From the human T2T-CHM13v2.0 reference genome, Homo sapiens, in the NCBI RefSeq assembly GCF_009914755.1, contig NC_060926.1: 64,000 nucleotides of DNA; one strand, given 5' to 3'. Both the position numbers and the translations under genes were made by a program. How positions within the stretch are numbered: the first letter of the stretch is position 1; each line of letters opens with the position of its first letter. Shown here one piece after another: positions 55,707 to 64,000 of this stretch. The notes under the pieces are model-generated. The model was not told the origin of the DNA and did not search any database. It worked only from the letters and a program-made list of their open reading frames with translations.

Positions 55707-56409
55707 TACTCTTATGCCATACCACCTTTAGTATACATAGAATATGCCTATATGACTTATACCTCTAAGGAGATAACTTAACATCTTTGATAAATTCCTC
55801 AGGGTAGAAACACTCATTTATTCACCTTTATGGTCTTCCTAAGACATTGCTCAGAACCCTGTGCTTGATATGTACTCAAAAAACAATTTTAGGTTGCTGA
55901 ATGAATAACTTCCTGAGCAAGAACTTCTTTGAAGCAAAGATTTAAGATACTAAGCTGGTGGAAATGGACATTCAACATTCTGTGGGATCTACTTTAGTGT
56001 GCCTTTGCACAGTAATATTCCCGAGTAAACAATTTAGAAAAATACAATTTTCTTGGAAAAGATTATAAACTATTAAGCCATAAAATTTATGTCTATAAAC
56101 AAAAACTTATTTAACTATTAGAATCCCCTTGAAAACAACACAATCATGAATTTTATTAAGCTACTATAATTAAAATATTACATAAAAATTAACAGCAGCA
56201 GAATTATTAAAATCCTTTGAGTTAACAGAAGGAGCTGAATTTCTTAATCTAAGGTAAAATTCTGCATTGAAAATGATTGCCTTGAAATTAAAATCAGTAG
56301 TGTTGTCAGCATCAGACCTGGGCTCCTAACACTAAAATCAGCAAAGATTTGTGATGGAGATTTCACAAGTGTAAATGCTGATGGAATGTTATATAAAATA
56401 CTTATAAAT

Positions 56410-57006
<597 letters not shown>

Positions 57007-57561
57007 GAAATACTTATTAAATATTTTAAAGCAGCAGTACTAACAAGCAGTAAGCAATGTAAACTTTTTATCTTATTTAACATCTATACTGTATTAGTTT
57101 AGAAAATTGTTAAGATAATTCTTTGTAAATAAAAACTGTCACAAAATATTTGTACCTAAGGCAATACCTTACAAAGAGAAAGTGCTTAATTAGTAATTAT
57201 TCAGTAAATTCTAGAAAATTATGCTAGTTAGATGTACCATTTCAATGTAATTTTATAGCAAAATTCTTACATAAAATACTTTAATATACAAGATTCAAAT
57301 TTTCAGCAGAAAAATTAGTGTGTTTTCGTTTGTTAGAACATAATTATGTCATGTAATAATTTTGTAATCTTTTTTTATAGGTAGTAAGTTTTCCTTCTAA
57401 ATATATAGGTCTAAAGGGCCATGAAAACAAAAGTCCCTTTAGTATTGTATTTTAATTTTCTGCAACTGTTCCTCACTGTAATTCTGAAGAATCACTTCCC
57501 ATATATTGACACCAATAAGTTTTTAAAAATAGCCAAAGATTTCTATATTTTATCCCAATTA

Positions 57562-58026
<465 letters not shown>

Positions 58027-58610
58027 CTACTCCTGGTCTATGTATTCAATCAATCTATATGGATTTAAGTGACATTTTCTTCAGTGTAAGGGTACTGAAG
58101 GATTCAATGATTAAATAACCTTTAAGAAAATAATGAACTAATGAGGGATGCAGGTAGGTACCTCTACCTCAATAATAGGTACTGACAAAGAGAAGGTAGT
58201 ACCTTTTAGAGTTGAGTCTAATGTAAATGTCTAATTTTATCATCTGTAAATGAGGATAATATTAGTAGCACTCATAGATATTATTACCAATAAGTTAACG
58301 TATGTTCAGCAATTAAAACAATGGCTGGCAAACAGTAGATGCCCTACAAGTGATATCTAATTAAGTCGCCTAAAGATAATATTTGTAATATTGTGTTCAA
58401 ACATAATGGTTTCCTACTCTAGGCTGATTCTAGAATAAAAAGCAATAATCATTTAATTATTAGAATTTTTTGCTGGACATATGAATTTAGTCTATGTAGT
58501 AAAATCAACAGCAAGAAAAACAAAGATGAGAAAATTCTCTGGAGTGTTTCCAGTGTTTGTGTAAGTAGAAGTTATATTTCATATAATCCATTAAGAATGA
58601 CAAAGGAAAA

Positions 58611-58746
58611 TTTTTTTTTTTTTTTTCGGTAGAGACAGGGTCTCACTATGTTGCAGAGGTTGGTCTCAAACTCCTGGGCTCAAACAGTCCTCCTGCCTTG
58701 GCTCCCAAAGTGCTAGGATTACAGGTGTGAACCACCATGTCTGGCC
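58611..58746 (-). mobile_element. Alu monomer (FLAM-like)
   Basis: Poly-T followed by a single left arm. Confidence 0.82.
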
Positions 58747-58850
58747 AGAAAAGTGATTCTTTATGAAGGGTTTTTACACTTAAAATGTATACATTCTAGG
58801 ACTACAGAGGTAAATTACTTGAGTTCACTTCTTTGAAAAAGAATATATTT

Positions 58851-59153
58851 GGCCGGATGTAGTGGCTCATGCCTGTAATCCCAGCATTTTGGGAGGCCGA
58901 GGCGGGCAGATCACTTGAGGTCAGGAATTTGAGACCAGTCTGGCCAACATGGTGAAACCCCATCTTTACTAAATATAAAAAAATTAGCCTGGTGTCGTGA
59001 CGCATGCCAGTAGTCCCACCTACTAGGAAGTCTGAGACAGCAGGATCACTTGGATCCGGGAGGTGGAGGTTGCAGTGAGCTGAGATTGAGCCACCGCACT
59101 CCAGCCTCGGCAACAGATTGAGACCCTGCCTCAAAAAAAAAAAATAAAAAAAA
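58851..59153 (+). mobile_element. Alu (S/J-like)
   Basis: Full dimer with poly-A. Confidence 0.9.
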
Positions 59154-59518
59154 ATTGGTATTAGGAAAAAAAGGACATTAATTTTAAACCCAAGTAATTG
59201 TGAAGCTTGTCTTACTCAAACATATTTATCCCCTTATTTCTAAATCCTTAGATCTTGGGTGTGGGGACTTACCTTAGGCATGGGTTGCAGGGGAGCTGGA
59301 ATGACATGATTGCATTGCCAAAAATACATTAAACAGATACATATATGAATATAAAATCAGAGAAATTTAGTTTTCTGCTGTACATATTCTATTCCTGGAG
59401 ACTAAGAAAGTATAAAAATGAAGGTAGAATTTAACTTAAACTTGTGTATTGTAAGACAATATAGAAGCTCTATCTTTCTCTAATAGTAAAATTCTTGTAT
59501 AAATAATTTGTAACTCAC

Positions 59519-59911
59519 CCGTTTGGATCTCAATTCACTGGTCAATAAACTAGATTCTTCAGAGGTATTTTTATTCCCTGCTTTAAGAACATCAGGAGAA
59601 GGAACTATGAGTTTCATGTAAGTTTCCTTTTTGGCTTGATTTACCAAAGATAAAGGTTTCACATTGGACACCAATCCCGTAGACTGTATTACACTGGTGT
59701 GTTTGTTCACAGATTCCTCCTTTGCCTGAGAGCTTTGGAAAATAAATGGAAGCTGCTGTGACAAAACCTGAGGCTGCTTCTGCTGGGATTGGAATGAGTG
59801 AGTCTGGGATTCAGACGCAAGAGGTAATGGCTGGTGTATTCTTTTTTCCTGGGCTTTTTCAGTTGCTTTCTGTCCATCTGCTTTTGGGTCTGAAATACCA
59901 TGTAATAGCAC
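59519..59911 (-). CDS. BAZ2B: BAZ2B exon W2 (393 nt, phase 0-0), VLLHGISDP...ELRSKR
   Basis: ORF 59480-59911; acceptor atctag|GTG, donor CGG|gtgagt. Confidence 0.95.
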
Positions 59912-60224
59912 CTAGATATAAAAATGAAAAGGTAAGTTCCTAACATCTATTAAGACAAAGACTATCAAGCAGTAAAACCTGGAGATAAAAACGGGTACTT
60001 TCAAAGTGTTCTTAATGCCTTATGATAATATCTAAAAATCTAAAAATTCGTAAAAGAAATACCGTATGTCCCTTTAAAAACATTTCTTCATCTTCTTTCT
60101 TGGGCAAAAGTATGAACTCAAAGTAATGATTAACTTTAAAACTACAGACTTTGAGAGTCAAGATAAACCAGTTAATTCCTAAATATGAATAATGTTTGGA
60201 TACTGTCCATGAAAAAAATTATAC

Positions 60225-60428
60225 CTGGTTGTTACTTTTATGTTGTGCTTCACTCTCTGAATCAGAATCATCATCTTCACTTTCTTCAATACTTTGATCT
60301 TCTTCTTCTTCATCTTCTTCTAGATCATCTGAATCACTGCTACTAATGCCTTCACTTGAGGTGTCTGATGATGTGCCTGAATCACTATCACTGTTGCTAG
60401 AACTTTCCATTGCTTTCTTCCTTGGTTT
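60225..60428 (-). CDS. BAZ2B: BAZ2B exon W1 (204 nt, phase 0-0), KPRKKAMESSSNSD...HKSNNQ, Ser/acidic tract
   Basis: ORF 60219-60410 matches BAZ2B as I recall it; acceptor ttatccag|AAA, donor CAG|gtataa. Confidence 0.95.
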
Positions 60429-60576
60429 CTGGATAACGACAAGGTAGTTGGCAAGACTTTATTTTTGGAAAACATTCAAGTTTCAATAAAAGGTGTACTC
60501 TTTTTAATTTTCAAATGATATTTTCAATCTCAAAATGTCATTGTAGGAAAAAGTCACATATCGTAAGGATAATTAT

Positions 60577-61348
60577 TTAACAAACTGATCAACTTAACTT
60601 ACATGACAGAACTCCTCAATGAAAAGTGCAAGCTCTGTCATGTAGAATATTGAAAATATCAATATAGCATATGTGTAGATGTACTCATATGACTGTTATT
60701 CTTCAAAATGTATGACAGATTAAAAAGATCAGTTCACAAAATAATTCCAACTATGATACATACATCAAAAGTTACACATTTAGCTTTAGTCTTCTTTCTT
60801 TTTGCAGACAGTGAGTCAGTAGCCAAACATTTACCTATAACATGCCACACACACCTTTCTGGGTATGTCCAAGACTGAGTCCTTGCCTTCAAGAAACTTA
60901 CTAGTGCTGGTGATAGGGGAGGGTACACAAATGCTTAATATAAAAGCAAATTATTCCATATAATAATAAGTGCTGTAGAGAAGATAAAGTAGGGTAGCAA
61001 AAGACCTATGGGGCTGCTTTAGTTAGGGTCAAGGAATTTAACTGTTTATGTTTCATTTCAGAAAATATTAAAAAAAAGGTAGAAGATGAGGTAGATAAAT
61101 ATGACGAGAGAGATTTATTTTTGGAACATTTAAGACTCTGCAAGAAAAATAAAATCCAAAGCTGGTAGAAAGTGGTTATTAGGTCACATAAAAGTGAAGT
61201 TTTGTGTTCAAGAAAACATAATAGTAGTGGACAAAAAGAGGAAAAATCATGAGATGTATTATAACAAATTAACAAACCAATCAATTAACTTATAAAAGAA
61301 CTCCTCAATAAAAAGTACAAGCTCTGTCATGTAGATTATTGAAAATAT
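60577..61348. repeat. Dispersed ~80-bp direct duplication (60577-60659 and 61269-61348)
   Basis: agaactcctcaat(g/a)aaaagt(g/a)caagctctgtcatgtaga(a/t)tattgaaaatat in both copies. Confidence 0.9.
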
Positions 61349-61732
61349 TCATAATTATTTAACAATGGGAAAGTTAAAATTTCACCAATAGAAAGACTGA
61401 AAAGGAGAAACATTGAAATGATGGAGCCACAAGATTAAGTACAATCTAGGAACATTTTAATGGCATTTGCTGATAAAGAACAAAATATAGAAAAAATAAC
61501 AATAAATTACAAAAGTTATGATCTTAACAGAAATACATCCTTTTATGACTACTCGGGATTGGGGAATGAAATACAGTAATATATCTCCACAACAGAGAGC
61601 CAAATTGAAGCCACGGTTACAGATTGCAAATCTGTAGTCTTTTTATTGTGTCTTCTGAACATTGATTCAGGTAACATTCATATGAGTGAGGAGAGTCACT
61701 CCCGCCATTATATTCCGTTTGCAATGACTCTT

Positions 61733-62024
61733 GTTTTTTTTTTTTTTTTTCGGGGACAGTCTCGCTCTGTCGCCCAGGCTGGAGTACAGTGGCACGACCT
61801 CAGCTCACTGCAACCTCTGCCTCCCAGGTTCAAGCAATTCTCTGCCTCAGTTTCCTGAGTAGCTGGGATTACAGGCGCCTGCCACCACGCTAATTTTTGT
61901 ATTTTTAGTAGAGACGGGGTTTCCCCATCTTGGCCAGGCTGGTCTTGAACTCCTAACCTCATGATGCACCCGCCTCGGCCTCCCAAAGTGCCGGGATTAC
62001 AGGTGTGAGCCACCACATCTGGCC
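61733..62024 (-). mobile_element. Alu (S-like) with 13-bp TSD
   Basis: ttgcaatgactct on both flanks. Confidence 0.93.
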
Positions 62025-62854
62025 TTGCAATGACTCTGCTTTAACTGCTCCAAACTAGTTACAAGAAGGCCTCTTTCAAAGATACACACTTCAATAAGCA
62101 GACTAATAGTTCCCATCATTTCTTGAGTTTTCTTCCCTCAAAGTAGGGCAGACAGGAACGAGAAACTGAATTGGAATTGTATGGGTACCCACACAATGAG
62201 AAAGATCACAAGGTAGAGAGATTAAAGGAAAATAATAATATATTAATATTAAGACTACCATTTATTTGTCAAAGAAACAGCTACTTCTTTGCAACCAAAA
62301 TCTGTTGTAGTTTTCTAAGCATGTATAGCAAGACCACGAAAATCATAAGGTACCTAAACTGAAATTAACATTTTTGTTTTAGTAAGGGATAACAAAGAAA
62401 AGAAATAAGAGAGCTACAGTGATTTAGCAGAGAAAAATTAACTCCTATTTAAATGCCCAAGGAATAAGTGTGTAGCTTTTTATTTAAAGATGGCATGAGA
62501 AATGGGGACTATACTCCCCAGGAACAGTCATCCAGAGGTACTGGTTCTGAAGCTTTAGGGTGCATAACATTCCTGAGTCCCACTTCTAGACAGGGCACTT
62601 AATGTGATTCTGATGCAGGGAGTCTCTGCCGAGCATACTTTGGCCATGTGTAAATAGTTCTATTTTTATAAGGTAACACATTTAGTACTCATTAAAACAA
62701 ACAGAAATGAGAAGACAAGTGTGAGTATTAGAGAAATAGGGAAAAAAGATGGGTTTGTATCACCAGTTTCATTAGAGTATATATGTGTCATTTCCACAAA
62801 TAATTAGCTAGTAAGTCTCTTTTCTCTTATTTAAAATGTTTTATTACTTACAAA

Positions 62855-63010
62855 TTTTTTAAATTTAAAACATTTTTTTAAATGAGTCAGGGTCTCACTT
62901 TGTCACCTACGCTGGAGTGCAATGGTGCTTTCATAGCTCACTGCAGCCTTGAACTCCTGGGCTCAAGCGATTCTCCTGCCTCAGCCTTCAACTAGTTGGG
63001 ACTATAAGCT
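62855..63010 (-). mobile_element. Alu right monomer (FRAM/AluJ fragment)
   Basis: Single reverse arm. Confidence 0.8.
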
Positions 63011-63129
63011 AAAACATTTTAAAAGTTAGTCTTCTTAGGTTTATCAAAAAGTGATCAAAGAACAGCTTATTAATTTTCCCCCATCCAATCTGGGAAAACT
63101 TTTCAGAACCTTATCCTTGAACCTTCATT

Positions 63130-63700
63130 TCACTGTATATTTATTTCTTTTAGTAACAAAACAAATACATATTCAAGGCTATGATGTACCAGGCATAGTT
63201 GCTCAAGTCTCTGGGGATACAAGGGTGTGAGAAACAGACACCAGCTCTGCCTAGTGAGAACTAGAAGAAGAGAATCAACAAACAATTTAAATAAATATTT
63301 TGAGTGATAAATACCATAAGTAAAACAGAATAACTGGATAGACAATGTGTGGTGGGGAGTGGGGTGGGGTTTTGCTTTACATGTAGTCAGCAGGTAAGAC
63401 ATTTCTGAGCTGAGACCTAAGGGAGAGCAAGAGCCAATCACCCAAGGACATAAGAGAAGAGCCTTTCAAGACGGGAAACAGCAAAGGAAAAAGCCACCAG
63501 CTAGAAGTGGGTTGAGTGTGTTCCAAAATGAAAAGGTCAGCAGACCAGTTAGAGCATAGTGAACCAGGGAGACAGTGATAGGAAATAAGCATGGATGAAC
63601 TGGTGGAGGTCAGATCACACAGCTCTTATAAGTCATGGCAAGGACTTTATTCCCACTGGGATAGAACACTAGTGGAGGGAGTGATGACATTTGATGTATA
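63130..63700 (-). mobile_element. L2 remnant
   Basis: Purine-rich L2-like motifs (catttctgagctgagacct, gtcatggcaaggacttt). Confidence 0.6.
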
Positions 63701-63709
63701 CTTCCCCCT

Positions 63710-64000
63710 CATTTTTTTATTGTGGTAAAATACACATAACATAAAATTTACTATCTTAACCATTTTAAAGTGTATGGTTCAGTGATATTAAATACATTCA
63801 TAATGTTGTGCAAACATCAGTGCTATCCATCCTATAAAACTGAAATTCTATACCTATTAAACACTAACTTCCCATCCCTCCTTCCATGCTAGCCACTGGC
63901 AACAATCATTCTACTTCGGTCTATAATTCTGATGAGTCTAAGTACCTCAAATAAGTGGAATCATACAGTACAGTATTTGTCCTTTTGCATCTGGTTTACT
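63710..64000 (-). mobile_element. Old L1 3' UTR, truncated by the window end
   Basis: aaaatacacataacataaaatttac...cattctactt...aagtggaatcatacagta. Confidence 0.82.

Overview
Primate (human-like) genomic DNA covering the middle of BAZ2B, the ISWI-associated bromodomain-adjacent-to-zinc-finger chromatin protein, on the minus strand. I resolved 19 coding exons (W1-W19 in transcription order, 60428 down to 3771). All have GT-AG boundaries and matching phases, and together they give 3309 nt / 1103 codons from KPRKKAMESSS to KKTDICEDE: acidic/Ser tracts, MBD/TAM domain, two AT-hook motifs, a long E/R/K helix, then DDT and WHIM-type regions. The gene continues past both window ends. Introns are AT-rich and carry many Alus, L1/L2/MIR fragments, solo LTRs and Tigger/MER DNA transposons; repeat boundaries and subfamily names are approximate and from memory. 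The most interesting region is 17.0-20.2 kb. It holds an in-frame 27/33-nt microexon (ELERHRLDM[VW]) missed by the ORF track, a 32/34-identical second copy of its 3' half 1.4 kb away with its own splice signals and a stop codon, several candidate stop-containing cryptic exons, and RBFOX/SRRM4-type motifs. I see no evidence of a wholly new biological system. The best lead is a possible splicing-regulatory cassette controlling the length and phase of the BAZ2B charged helix, or BAZ2B dosage.
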